A program made the position numbers and the translations under genes. 64,000 nt of DNA from the human T2T-CHM13v2.0 reference genome, Homo sapiens. The stretch lies in the NCBI RefSeq assembly GCF_009914755.1, contig NC_060930.1; one strand, written 5' to 3'. Shown here piece after piece: positions 42,781-60,798 of the stretch. Each line of letters begins with the position of its first letter. Position 1 is the stretch's first letter. The notes beneath the pieces were generated by a model. It was not told where the DNA came from and searched no databases. It saw only the letters and a program-made list of their open reading frames with translations.

Positions 42781-43499
42781 GTTTATAGGAAAATTGTCTT
42801 TTTGTTATACTGAATCACTTGTGGCATATCTTTAATTCTCACAGAGCTTAATAAATAAACAATAATTGCTGCCTACAGACTAATCTAAAAGTTGTAGTTC
42901 ATTGTAATATATGCCACAATGAAGTTAACATCTTTTATTGTAATCTCTGAATGCTATTACTCCTTAATAGTTTTTCTTTCTTATTATGTAGTAATGAGGG
43001 GTGTGCTTGATCTGTCTCTGGAAATAGAACAATTTGAAGCCATGGTGGTTTGTTTTATTTTTGGCCTGCTTATGCAAAGCATTGTGATGGAGGCTTTACA
43101 CAAATAAACTGTATCTCATTTGATTCCCACCACTACATTATCCCTATTTTACAGATGAGAAAGCTGAGGTTTGGAGAAGGCAAGAAACTGCTCAGAACCA
43201 TAGAACTAATATATGATAAGGCCAGAATTCACACCTATGCCTGACAGTGAAGCTGAAGTTTCTTACAATACATTGTTCTGATTCTCTGTAGTATTTTTCT
43301 ATTTTAAATCCAGTTGAAATTCTTTTTGGTTTCTTCTTTCATGGAAAGCCATCACTGTGAAGTGAATGGTAATTCTTATGTACCTAAACTTAAGAAAATG
43401 TATAATGCATTGTTGAAACACTGACAAATGTGAAATAAAGATGAGAATAATTCAGAAAATGTAAATTATATATGGTAACAGATTTTCAAAAGATCTGAT

Positions 43500-45180
43500 T
43501 GCTTTTTTTATTGAGGTGAAAGTCACATAACATACAAATAACTATTTTAAAATGTACAATTCAGTGCATTTAGTACATTCACAATATTTTACAACTACTA
43601 TTTCTATCAAGTTCCAAACCTTTTCATCACCCCCAAAGAAAACCTTACACCTATTAAACAATCACCTCCTGCCGCCCCTAGAAACCAATAATCTGCTTTC
43701 TATCTCTATGGATTTACCTATTCTGAATATTTCATAAAATAGCATCATATACTGTCTGGCTTACTTCATATAGCATGTTTACAAGGTTCATTTGTGTTTT
43801 GTTCTTTTGAATGGCTGAATGATACTCCATTGTATGTCTGTACCACATTTTGTTCATCCATTCGTCCTTTGATGGACACTGGGTTGTTTCCACCAACTGG
43901 GTGACTTTAAAAATTTATCTCACAGTTTTGGAAGCCAGCAGTCAAGTTGTTGGCAGGTTAATTCCTTCTGAGAGCTGTGAGGGAGAATCTGTTCCCACGT
44001 TTTTCCCAGCTTCTGGTGGTTTGTTAGCAATCTTTGACTTGTAGATGCATCACTCCAAACTCTATCTTTATTTTCACATGGCTTCCTCCCTGTATGTCTT
44101 CTCACCATCTTTGCTCTGTGCATTCTTTGTCTAGTTTCCTCTTTTTAGGAGGACACCAGTAATATTGGATTAGGGCTTACCTTAATGACCTCATTTTGAT
44201 TACCTCTGTAAATAACCTATTTCCAAATAAGATCACATTTTTAGGTAGTGGGAGTTAGGACTTCAACATATCTTTATTTGAGGGACACAATTCATTTCAT
44301 AACACCATCCTTTTAAGTATGCAGTGATATCTCATTGTGGTTTTGATTTGCATTTTTCTAATGAATAATGACGTTGAGCATCTTTTTATATGCTTTTTGG
44401 CCATTTGTACATCTTCTTTGAAGAAATGTCTATCCAATTCCTTTGTCTATTTTTGAATTGGGTTGTCTTTTTGTTGAGTTTAAGAGTTCTTAATATATTT
44501 TGGATACAAGACTCTTATCAGATAGATATATGATTTGCAAATATGTTCTCCTATTCTGTAGGTTTTCTTGTCAACAACTTCTTAATGTCTATTGGTGGAC
44601 AAAAGATTTTAATTTTGATGAAGTTTGTTTTCTTTTGTTACTTGTGCTTTTAGTGTCATAATTATCTATAGTCAAATTCAAGGTTGTGAATATTGACATC
44701 TATGGCTTTGTATAAAAGTATTATAGCTCTAGCTTTTATATTTAGGTCATTGATCCCTTTTGAGTTAATTTTTGTAGATGGTATGATGTAGGGGTTTATC
44801 TTCATTCTTTTGCTTGTGAATATCCAGTTTTCTAACACTATTTCTTGAAGAGACAGTTTCCCCATTGATGGTCTTGCACCCTTGTCAAAACTCATTTGGA
44901 CATAGATGTATGGGATAATTTCTGGAATCTCAATTTCTACTGTACTGGTCTATATGTCTGTCCTTATGCCAGCCAGTACCACACTGTTTTGATTTCTGTA
45001 CCTTGTACTGAGTTTTGAAATCAGGAAGCATGGAATCTTCCAATTTTGTTCTTTTTCAATATTATTTTGGCTATCTGGAGCTCCTTGCAATTCCATATGA
45101 ATTTGAGGATCAACTTTTTTATTTCTGCAAAAACAGCCATTAGAACTTTGATACGGATTGCATTGAATCTGTAGATTGTG
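43500..45180 (-). mobile_element. L1MB-like 3' end/ORF2 with a nested MLT1-like LTR (~43900-44305)
   Basis: tgtacaattcagtg...tctatggatttacctattctg; tctcattgtggttttgatttgcatt; MLT1 end gggacacaattca. Confidence 0.78.
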
Positions 45181-45185
45181 TATAA

Positions 45186-47828
<2,643 letters not shown>

Positions 47829-47946
47829 TTACAGGCAGGAGCTGCCATGCCAGGCATTTTGCTCATTGCTTTTAATGATGTCATGTCTTTTTTGTCCCTC
47901 AGTTTCTCCATTAGTACCTTCTTTTGCATTAAATTTTTTTTGGTAG

Positions 47947-48299
47947 TGTACTTAGTCTGTTTTGTGCTGCTATAACAGGATACCACAGACCAGCTAATTT
48001 ATAAGTGAAAGAAATTTATTTCTCACAGTTATAGAGGCTGAGAAGTCCAAGGTTGAGGAGCCTATTTCTGATCTGATGAAGACTTTCTTGTTCAGTCTTC
48101 ACATTGCAGAAGGACAAGAGAACAAGCTAGCCAAATGCCACCTGAAGCTGCTGCTGCTTTTTTTCTTTATAAGGGCCTTAGTTCTATTAATGAGGAATGA
48201 GCCCTCATGGCCTCATGATGTCTTAAAGGTTCCGCCTCTTAATACTAGCAGATTTGCAGCACCTGAACTTTGGAGGGGACACATTCAGACCACAGTACC
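47947..48299 (-). mobile_element. MST-family MaLR solo LTR
   Basis: cttagtctgttttgtgctgctataacag...aatttatttctcacagt...ggggacacattcagaccacag. Confidence 0.8.
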
Positions 48300-48789
48300 A
48301 TAGTACCATTTTTATTCCCATCACTTTTTTTTTTGATGTATTTTTTTCTCATTATTTGCTTAGTGGTTATCCTGGGGACTGTAACCTTTTATATGTATAA
48401 CAGTTTTTAATATCAACTTAGCATCTATTATATACAAAAACTCCACTTCTGTATAGCTCTGTCCCTCCCCCTCATATTGTTGTCACAAATTACATCTTTA
48501 TACATTATGTGCCCATTAACTTACAATTACTGTTTTATGCATCTGTCTTTTAAATCATTTGAGAAAAAAGAAGAGTTACAAATCAAAAACACAATAATAC
48601 TGGATTTTTAATACCTATATAGTTACCTTAGCTCGTGTTCATTCTTTTTGAATGGCTCTGAGTTACTTTGTAGTGATCTTTTCTTTCTACCTGAAGGATT
48701 TACTCTAGCATTTCTTGTTGGGCAGGTCTACTAACAACAGACTCCCTCAGCATTTGTTTATCTGGGAATGTCTTACTTTTTCCTTATGA

Positions 48790-48987
<198 letters not shown>

Positions 48988-50799
48988 TAGTAAAATGTAC
49001 ACCAAGTTTCACAGAGTAATAATGGTATCGAAAAAAAGCATTACAAAATATCTCAGTAATATTTTTACATTGATTACATTTTGAAATGACAATATTTTAG
49101 ATATATTTCTTTGAATAAAATATATTACTGAAAGTAATTGCTTATTTTTACTGTTTTAATTGTGGTTATAGAAAATCTAAAATTACAGATATGTCATATT
49201 TCTGTTGAGAGCACTGCTTTAAGTATCGAGCACTTGAGAATGTTGAGTATTCGAGTGATTAGGTTCTGTTTCTACAGTGTATTTTAATGTTTGCTTCTGC
49301 TGTAAAATTGTGTTAGACCTATTACAACCAATACTTACTTTTACATGTTGGCCCATAAGTAAGTATACATAAGGCTATTCATTTTTCAAGATTTTGATTG
49401 AAATGATACATTATTTACAAATGTATTTCTGCACTAATGTTTTTAAAACTCTTTTTATTTCTCATTTTAGTTTTTTTAATAGAGGAAGGAAATGTGTTTT
49501 AGAATTTTCACTCAACTATTAATGATTTTTTAAACAAATCTAATTGGTGCTTCTAAGAAACTTAAGAGTGAATTAAAACCATGAAATATGAAAAAATGTA
49601 TGCTCTTATTGCTTCTTGAGAGGTTGGTTAACCTCTGTTTTTCACAGTCAAAAATTCTCAAGAAGTTAGTGACTATATTAAATCCAAAACTGGCAAATGC
49701 CTTTTAATGAAGAAATCTTTCAAAAGGGACAATTTAAAAGACTTAAAAGTAACTGTCAAGAAGATTTTATGACAAAGATAAATTTCAATGACTGTTTACT
49801 TAATGTTCCTAAAAATCTGAGCTACCTAAAAACTATGATTTTCTTAGGTAAGGGGGACTTACCAGTGGATGATAGTATTCTGTCTGTCTATTACTTTGTG
49901 GAAAGTAACTGCTTTTAAGGGCAGCTTTTGTATCTATTTCATCTTCAGGAGTATCTCTTCTGATTTTTGAGAACAGTAGTTTGGTTGCTGCACTTAGCTT
50001 TGCTTTTCTTAGTGTTGTAGTTGAAAATGTGTAACGTTCTTGGTAAAACTCAGAACTGCATTAAGGAAAAGATGGGAAGTTGAGCATTAGAATTGGTGTC
50101 ACCAGGCCATGGTTGTACTTTTGGCTTTAACACTTGATTTCTGTGTATATCCTTCCTTTCTTATAGGCTGAAGATAAATGGTTGCTTGAAGATTTAATGT
50201 TCAAGGTGGTTCAAAGAAAAATCACTTTGAAAGTCAAGTAACATATGTTATTGTTAGCTAAGCCTATTAATTAAAACTTATATTCATTAAAATTGCATTC
50301 AAATGGAAAACATCCTTTCTTAAAATTTAATACTCTGTTTATATAGTTACACATCTTTCTATATTTATTATGTATTCATTACATGAAAAATCACTGATAC
50401 CTATGGAAGAATTTTATTCAGTCACATATGATACTGTCACTTGGGATATTTTTGTAAAGTCAAACCTAACTGCCTATAGTCATAAAACTATTCTAACTTA
50501 GTTCTATTTCTTGATCAGTTTTATAGAGTACACTCCCAGAGGCACCGGCTTCTTTTGAAGAAGTAAGCTTAAGGTACCCAGAAAGTTAAGTAAATTTATT
50601 TCATAAAGCAAGTAGTTTAGATTTTTAGACTGGGTAGCTTTGAGTCATTTCATTCTTCTTGGTGGTGTTTACCATCAATTTGCAATGTATTTCTTGTTAA
50701 AGTTTCTATCTCTGAATTTATATGATTATTTTTACTTCTTAATTCTTAAGTGACAGATTTTAACATTAGCTTCTGTTTTCAATAGCATATCCAGGAGAT

Positions 50800-50899
50800 A
50801 TGATACATCTTTTAATAAACAATCTAAAGTAATTATTAAATCAGTACATGATACATCTTTTAATAAGTATAATCTTCTAAAGTAATTATATAATCAGTA
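50800..50899. repeat. Imperfect tandem duplication of a ~48-52 bp unit
   Basis: atgatacatcttttaataa...ctaaagtaattat...aatcagta occurs twice. Confidence 0.85.
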
Positions 50900-51649
50900 T
50901 AAATATCTTTCATTATTTTCATAAAGATCATAGAGCATAGTGATTCTGAAGTGGCTTGGTTTTATATTAGGCCAAAAAATAGAATACTCAAAGCACAGTA
51001 ATAATTAGTAACTGAACCATGGAACTGAGGTTTGACAACATGTTTCTCCGTATCTCTAAGCAGGCTTTACATGTGTCTTCTTGTTTGTCCTCCCTTCCCC
51101 CTCATTATCTTTCCTCTCTTCTTCCTTCTCTTTCCTTCCCTCCTTGCTTTCTAAGTTTACTTAGTTGTTAATGTTCCCTAAGAGCTTAAATCCTTTAATC
51201 CAAAATGTTGGTATTAATGTGCACTAAGAAAATCAGTATTTTGGGTAGCAGGTTAAATTGCTTCTCAACAATCCTTTTATTGGTACCTAACTACAATAGA
51301 GTATGATAAGTGCTTTAATAATTAACTATTATAAAGTATGCTAAATGCTTTTATAAAAATATATTCAGAGTGCCAGAGGGGAAAGATCTTCTGTTGAAGA
51401 GGGAGCAGAAGAGAATGCTTCATATAAGAAGTGACATTTTAATTGGGTTTGAAAGTTGAGTAGGAGTTTCCCCTGTGCCTAATGTAAGGCAGATTAGGCA
51501 AAAGGAGCAGCATTCATTCAACATCAACAGATAATAATTGAGTGAGGATTGTATTCCATTTACTGTTCAAGACATTGGGAATATAATGATGACTAAAACT
51601 AGTGAGACTTCTACCTTCATGGAGCTGATATTCCAGTGGGGAGACAGAC

Positions 51650-52017
51650 TGTATTACTCTGTTTTCATGCTGCTGATAAAGACATGCCCAAGACTTGGCA
51701 CTTTATAAAGAAAAAAAGGTTTAATGGACTCACAGTTCCATGTGGCATAGGAGGCCTCACAATCATGGTGGAAGGTGAGAGGCACGTCTTACATAGCAGC
51801 AGACAAGAGAGACAATGAGATCCAAGTGAAAGGGGTTTCCCCTACAAAACCATCATCAGATCTCGTGAGACTTACTCACTACCATGCGAACAGTATGGGG
51901 GAAACCGCCCACATGATTCAATTATCTCCCACCAGGTCCCTCCCATGACACGTGGGAATTATGGGAGCTACAGTTCAAGATGAGATTTGGGTGAGGATAG
52001 AGCCAAACCATATATCG
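51650..52017 (-). mobile_element. THE1-like MaLR solo LTR
   Basis: tgtattactctgttttcatgctgctgataaagac...gagatttgggtg...agccaaaccata; TSD cagac/cagat. Confidence 0.88.
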
Positions 52018-53472
52018 CAGATAAACAAGTAAGTGTAGTGAAATAAAACTATGGCAGGATAAGAGAGAAGAATGAGACTTGTGGAGGTGACTCTATTAAT
52101 TTAAATAAGGTTGTTTGGTGTGTTTTGAGGAACCCTAGTCCTGAGAGATCTATGAAAAATGGATTCTGGGGACAAATTAGTTTGAGAAACGTTACCCTAT
52201 TAAGTTCTGCTACAAAGAAACTTAGGTAATTGTGGATTAAAGCCAGTTAAACAAGTTATTAGACAAGAAAACCCCCGATCATCACTAGGATTTTGTGAGC
52301 TAAAGTTCCAAAGATCACATTGCAGGAGAAGCTGGACCAGAATATGAGGATCCAGTGGCCAGGTAGGACAGGGTAGGAGCCTTTGAATCATGATGAAAAG
52401 TTTGTGCCCCAGCCATGCCAGGATTAGATTTGGCTTTTAGAAAAGGTACTCTTGTGGCAATGTGGCAGCTATCTTGAGTGAAGAAAGTATAAATCAAGAA
52501 GCTTTCCAATAAAAAAGAGAATGATGAAGGCTTCAAAAATGGAGAGAAAAGGGTAGATTTTAATGACATTTGGAAGTAGAATTGACTCAGATAACTTTGT
52601 TTATAGATAATAAAGAGTCAGAAAAATTCTTGACATATAATGTTTTAAAGAAATGAAAGTACATCTTCAATAGAGGGAAACTTGGCCCTGATCTGCCAGT
52701 CAGTGAAGGTCACAGCAAGGCAGCAGCAGGCTAAGCTGTGCTGAGTGTATGAGAAATGGGAGCAAAGTCGTATGTTCAAAAATTTGCAAGACTTGGCATC
52801 TCCACCACATTTTTCTTTCACCTTTGAAATATGGGAAGGTTAGAAATGGAGTGGAAAAATATCAGCCCAGTCTAGTTTTGAAAGATTGAGTTTTTTAGGA
52901 AGAAGCAAGCTTGTTATCACTTTTAAATAAGACAAAACATGACCTTGAATTAGATTAGCCACATATCTAATTGGTGAGTACAGCATACCTAGCTGTACAG
53001 TGCTCTGCTCACCAAAGCCAAAGATGGGCAGGTGGCTGCATTCTGCTGCCAGGTAATCATCTGAACCTCGTTGGCAGGCATTGAAGCAAAAGAGAGAGAG
53101 GAATTTGCAGCTGGCTGGAAATATTAAGAGTATTAGCAAGAGGGAGGAAGTGTGGCTCAAAGTTATAAAATGTTGTGTGTGTATAAAAAGAAGAGAGTTC
53201 TATTTTTGTATATGTATGTGTTATAAATAGACATACCTATAGCATTTCCCACCAGTGTTCTGTATCATCTATGTTCCATCACTGATTAAATTAGAAAAAT
53301 ATCACCTTATTTGCTTTTTGCTCCTCAACTGCAAAGATGTCTTTGGTGAGGTGCTTTACTAGAATTCTCTTACAGAAAAAAAAAATCAGTAATTCATCTT
53401 GAGGATGAAATAGTAGATGAAGTATAATTAATGCTTTCAGCAAATACAAATATGAACTTTTTGTGAAGATGA

Positions 53473-54551
<1,079 letters not shown>

Positions 54552-55344
54552 ACTACTCACTTTTTCTTAGCCTTTTGATTACTGACGAACTAGATTAGAA
54601 CAGTAAGTGGATTGTTACACTTGACATTTTGTACTTTATCTGGAAATACTGGCATTAAAAACTAAGTCATACTGCCATTTGTATAATATTCTTAGATCTT
54701 TATATGAGTTTTTTCTTCAAATAAAAATTGTGTTTCTAAATGTCTTTGATATGATTGTTCAAAATGTTTGATATTTTTCTAAAACAGATTTGGGAAACTT
54801 CTGGCCCCAGCATCAGAATGGACCCTTGATTTGGTTTCCTCTGACCTTTGGAAAACTGTTCTTTGGTATTATTGCAATATGCAAGAGGACCTCATAAGGT
54901 GCTCTGGTTCTTTCAGAATGGAACATGAAAACTGGAGAGTTAGTGTCAGTGCTCATTGAAACATCTTTTGTGAGCTGTGGGTTAGACTTTGATACTTACA
55001 AGCCACATAAATAGCAAGGCATGGACTCCATTTACTTATCCCATTTCTCTGGCTTTCCACATTTTTCTTCCTATTCTTGTTTTTTGTCTCTTCATTATAT
55101 TTCTTCCTCTTGATGGGTTTCCACCTCTATGTAGTATGTGTTTTCCTGACCTATTCTATTTCTGACCCTCACTCTGGGCAGTCCTGGCCTGCCATCTTGG
55201 GAAGCTATCTTTTTAGGAGCCAAGACCAGCTTGTGAGGATGGAGGTCTGGGCTTTCAGAAGCTATGCTGCAGAAACAAACACAGGCAAAAAGTACTCTTG
55301 CCTAACAACATCTTCATTACTTTGTGGAGTATTTCAGTTTTTTC

Positions 55345-55725
55345 TTAATACGTTTTTAAAAATTTTTATTTTAGATTCAGGGGGGCACATGTGCAGGTTT
55401 ATTATATGGGTATGTTGCATGATGCTGAGGCTTGGGCTGCTAATGATCCCATTGCCCAAGTAGTGAACATAGTACCTGATAGGTAGCTTTTCAACTCTTG
55501 TCTCCCTTCCCCCAGTTTTAGAATCCCCAGTGTTTATTGTTGCCTTTTTTGTGACCATGTATAACCAATGTTTAGCTCCCACTTTAAGTGAGAACATGTG
55601 GTATTTGATTTTTTTTTCCTGCATTAATTTGCTTAGGATAATGGCCTTCAGCTGCATCTGTGTTGCCATAAAGGACATGATTTTGTTCTTTTTTTGTGGC
55701 TGCATAGTACTCCATGGTGCATAAG
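55345..55725 (-). mobile_element. L1PA/PB 3' end
   Basis: KKNKIMSF...LKAIILSKL..KYHMFSL remnant plus 3'UTR. Confidence 0.85.
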
Positions 55726-58700
55726 TATCTTGTGGAAATTTGACCCTAAATTCTGTTTCACGCAGTGTACCTTAGGCATCTGTTCTTGGATTTTGGTGTT
55801 TGCCAGGTTTGTAATTTTGATCCTATATCATAAGCTGAATTTTAGTGTCTTGGTCATACCTTAATGCTTCATTTCCTTCACCTGATTTTTAGTTTGTATT
55901 TCCTGCCTTGGAGTCATCCAACCCCCTCAGCAAGTTGTATTAGTATCAACATCAAAATAGAGTTACCTGCAGAATATCTTAATACAGTGCTTAGTGGTGA
56001 TGTTCATATTGGAAAAATTTAACAAAACAAAGTGCAGAAGAAGTCTCAGGTTGCAGTCCATATACAAATTCTAGAACATCAGAATCACTTGGGAAGATTT
56101 TCATGTCAGCAAAGTGTGCATCTAAGAAGTCCTAACTCTAAGAGACATGAGGTATCATACTCCTGTTTCTACACAGAAAATATCTGTTTGTTAATCATAT
56201 TGTTTAGTGGCTACTGCGTGATATTTTGGGTATTTTACATTTATTTTATATGATAGGTTTGTTTTTCATATTCGCATTTTCCCGAGTTTTAGAACTAGTT
56301 ATTTAGGAAATCAGTTGGCAGGGGAAGGGGTTGAGTGGTATCTCATGCATTATTTTAAGACATTGGAGGACAGGTTCCTCTTGAGTATTTTCATGCAGAA
56401 CATCTGATTTTAGAAATATTTTATAGCCATTAAGTGGGAAATGCTCCTGTCTCCAAATCTGACCACTTACCATCGCCACTGATATTGCCACCCTGGTCCA
56501 TGGATCTACCATCTATTCCCTGAATTCCTGTAATGAGCTCCCTGTTTCTACCTCTGTCCTTTCCAATCTGTTCCCAGCACAGCAGGCAAAAATGAACCCT
56601 CTGTAAATGTCAGTTCACTTTAGTCCTGCACATAGAATATTGTATTAGCTCCCCATTTTACTCAGAGAAAAAGTCAAACTTCATTCCTTGGTCCATCTTT
56701 TCTTTTCCTATATCTCTGTAATATAGATCATAATCTGAAATGAAACTATATATTCATTAGTTGGATTTTTTGGAGTAATGTTTTATGTTTTCTACCTTAA
56801 TTTTAAAAGCATGTAAGTTATCTTCCTTTAAAAGAAAGATTATTAATTTGTATGTGATTTTTAAAATTCTTTCTGCGGTTAATGGCCCTCACCCTCAGGA
56901 GACAGATACTCCAATTTTAATATATTTCCTCATTTCTGAAGTGAAGATAAAAGTATCTACCAATAATACTTGTTTACCTCAAAAACCTCTATTGCCTTTT
57001 TTTCTCATCACACCTTTACTTATTTATAGAAACCTTCATCTATCTCAAATATGCTGGGACATGATTAAAGTTCTTTAAGCTATCCTGATCATAGTTGAAT
57101 GACTTGTTTATAGATTTGCAAGCAGATTTTAAATAAAAATTCATCCTAATAAAATAAAACAAAAATAAAAGTAAATTATTTTTGTTAAGGAAGAGCCCTC
57201 TCTGCGAGTGGGGTCAGGTCAGGGGAAGATTGTAGTGTGATTAATTTAAATTTAATTTTTTTATGGACCCTAAAAATTGAACCTAAAATTTGCAATACAT
57301 CTGTTTTTCTCACATTCTGTGGCTTTTATGTCAGTTTTCTTTAGTAAGTTTTTTACACGTGTGGATTACCCAACTAAATTTTTTATTAATATGATTTATT
57401 ATTTCTTCATAGCATGTTTCCCAAACATATACATACTAGATTGTATGTATGTATGTATATCATGTTACATATTTACTTTTTATATGGTTGAGCTTTTTTA
57501 TTTCTGTGAATCCATTTCTTCTTCAGGTAATTTATGGGATCATCTAAAGCTTAAATTTATGTTTGAAGTCTTTACTTCTCCAAAATTCTAATTCAGATAT
57601 TAATATATTATTATAGATGTTTGTCAGTAATTATTTGCAAGTTTATCTCATCACAATTTGAAAATCTGTGTGAAGAGCATCAGACAACATGAACTCAGTG
57701 TTAGCGTTACTTGGAAAACTTGCAGAATAAATTTAAAAATGAAGAAAGTCTCATTTTAAATTGATTTTTCATATTTTACTCTAATAATTCAAGAAAAGTA
57801 GACAGGCCAGATAGTCAGACTGGCAGAAACCTGGCCTCTGTGGTTGGCTGGCATTTACACAGGTCTTTCATATATGATTTAATAAAAGGTGACACGAAAT
57901 TCAGAAATGTAATCTATAAGACAATCAGAGAAAAACAATTTTTGAAGCACATTCTTGTCAGTATTGTATAATGCCTGTTCTGTAACTAATTTTTTTGTGT
58001 GTATCTGTCAAATGACATTAAGCTATATTCAATAATGAGGATAGCAAGAATTTGAGACCCCATGTTCATTTCTTTTTGTGACAGGAAGATCAGCCTTTTA
58101 AAACATAAAAAAGGAATAGAAATTAACATTTCTCCAGAATTATGTTTCCATTCATTTGAGGTTATCTCTTAATTCCAGCATTTTACTGCATTTGATAAAT
58201 AGGCCAATTATGTGTTTTATTTATTTGAGGGCTTGGGGGAGGCAATGAAACTTTACAAATTTCAACTGGCATTGCAGTCTGCTGATAAGGATGGGAGTTT
58301 GCACCGCTCTGAAGAGATTACATGAAGTAGAGTTGGAAAGCAAATTGTATTTACAAAAGATAGGATGATGTTCCTAACAGGTGTTCAGAATAGGCTATTC
58401 ACTCTCATATTCTGCTGAGCTTTGCTAGAAATAACTTCATTTCAAAAAGGACAAATCTGACTGAAGGTAAAAGCATTCCCTCTTCACAGATACTTGTCCA
58501 AAAGGGTTTACATTAAATTTTCCTGATGGGCACACAGCAGTATTTTATGCTGTATCTGTATAAACCATTAACGTGGAAAATAAATATCTAAATAGTATAC
58601 TTGATTGCTTCATGCACCAACCATTAGATTACTAGATTTCTATCTACAGTTTTCGGAGAGATGTTGCAATATGATGTTCTGACAATAACTGTCAAAGTCA

Positions 58701-58997
58701 TCATACCAGGATCCATTTTCATCTTGTTGTTGAGGTAAAGTTATTAAAATGTACAGTTGGTAGGTCAGAAAGATCACTGTCTCTTGTCATCTGTGGTTTA
58801 ATGCTGACCTAAACCACTACTGTATAATGTCAGAATTATCACAGTGTCCAGGCTGCAGAAGTACAACATGCTACATGATTTATTGCATTTCCTGTCTGGA
58901 ATGAAGATTATGAAAAGGCCAACAACTGTGAGCTACAGTGGTTTAGAAGAAAACTTAATTTCTAATTTTTATTTCTCTTTTTCCTCATTCATTTTAG

Positions 58998-59066
58998 ATT
59001 TTGGATTTAGTAAAGGGGACACATTACCAGGTAGCCTGTCAAAAATACTTTGAGATGATACACAAT
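58998..59066 (+). CDS. PRIM2: p58 internal coding exon (probably exon 13; I411-N433)
   Basis: ttcctcattcattttAG|ATTTTG ... CACAAT|GTAAGT; 69 nt, phase 0/0. Translates [23 protein letters not shown], containing C424. This frame is absent from the ORF track and was found by reading the sequence. Confidence 0.96.
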
Positions 59067-59340
59067 GTAAGTATTTTTTTTAACTTTATATCCTAATTAT
59101 TTGTCTTTTGTTACTGTGTCACATTCAGGGTTTTTAGTTGCAGCAATGGAAACCACTCTAGCTATTTTCAGCAGAAAAGGGGATTGCATGGTATTAAGTA
59201 ACTTACAGCATTTATTGAACGACCAGACAACTAAGCTTGGATGCTGCAGAACCAGGAATATTTTGTAACTAGGAGAAGCTACATCATGAGAAAATCTTTA
59301 CTACAGTTGTCACCCACCACTCCATATCTAGGGATGAGCC

Positions 59341-59565
59341 CAAGGGTCAATAAAGTTTTTCTGTAAAGAGCCAGAGTGTAAAAATTGTAGGCTTCATGGT
59401 CCATATGGTCTGCGTCACAGCTACTCAACTCTACTGTTGTAGTGCAAAAGCAGCTGTAGAAAATATGCAAATGAACAGGTATGACTGTTGATCCAATAGA
59501 ACTCTATTGATAAAATTAGGTAGTAGACCCAGTTTGACCCACGGGCCTTGATTTGCCAACCTCTA
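59341..59565 (+). mobile_element. MER58A-like hAT MITE
   Basis: ttttctgtaaagagccaga...cagctactcaactct...tttgccaacctct. Confidence 0.75.
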
Positions 59566-60470
59566 GACTAGATCTGGAATCTTTGCCACAGCTGCCTAGA
59601 AGAACCAAGGCTCTTGCCATCTTCCATGCAGAAAATCTGATCCTTGTACTTGTGGCTGCCACCTGATGTTACTGTAATCCACTTCCCAAGTCTCATACTT
59701 ATCTGCATGGCAAAACCTAGATTGCATATGGACCCCTAACTATACACGAGTCAGGGAAATGTGTTTGGTTTTTATCTTGCCAGCTTCCTTAGTACAAAAA
59801 AGCCTGCTTGATTATTAGAGTAAGAGTGGAATGACCCAGTCTGGCACAGAATAGATTTTGAAGTGTGTAAAGCCAATGTCACAAACTCAGAGGCCTACAG
59901 AGATGGGGCATATAGCCCAAAAAAGTGAAGCTGCCTGAGATTAGTACAACAGAGTACGGCAGAATTATGGTGCACTAAACATGTTTGCCCTATTAGAGGC
60001 ATTCACATTGACAAATTGTGAGGCCCTCTGCAGGCCAACAAAACACATCTCCAAGTCCAATTCAGTCCTCTGGCCCCTAGTTTGCATCCACTGATCCTGA
60101 GCCTGGATTTCTAACCTGGGAAAGACATCCAAGAACGGACTTTGGAGATCTTTGTACTTCTTGAAACATTTTGTCTCTAAGTACATATGTGTATTTTTCC
60201 AGAGTCCATGTTATTTATTAAAGATCCATGACCCTCCCAAAAAGGAAGTTGCATTTGTTGAAATCATCATCAGCTACCATGCTAAAGTTTTACAATTATT
60301 TTTATGTTTTTTATTTGGTTGTTACAAAGTAGTTTTTCTATTATGGTTATATAATTGCAGAATTTCTTACTTGATAAAATATCTCATAGGAAAAAGATAT
60401 TTTATAATATTACCAATAATAATTGAAATAATAATAGTAATACCAGCCAATATCTATGGAACCCTTAATG

Positions 60471-60798
60471 CAGCAGTCCCCAACCTTTTTGGCACCAGGG
60501 ACCAGTTTCATGGAAGACAATTTTTCCATGGTTAAACAGGGGCTGGTGGGAGGGCACATTAGATAATCACGAGAAGCACGCAACCTAGATCCCTTGCATG
60601 CGGGGTTCACAATAGGGTTCACACCCCCATGAGAATCTAAGGCCACTGCTGATCTGACAGGAGGTGGAACTCAGGCAGTGATGCAAGTGATGGGGAGTAG
60701 CTGTAAATACAGATGAAGCTCCACTCACTCACCCACTGCTCACCTCCTGCTGTGAGGCCCAATTCCTAACGGGCCGTGGACTGGGTTGGGAACCCCTG
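60471..60798 (-). mobile_element. MER1B-like hAT MITE
   Basis: cagcagtccccaacctttttggcaccaggg...gggttgggaacccctg; perfect 8-bp TSD ccttaatg. Confidence 0.9.
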
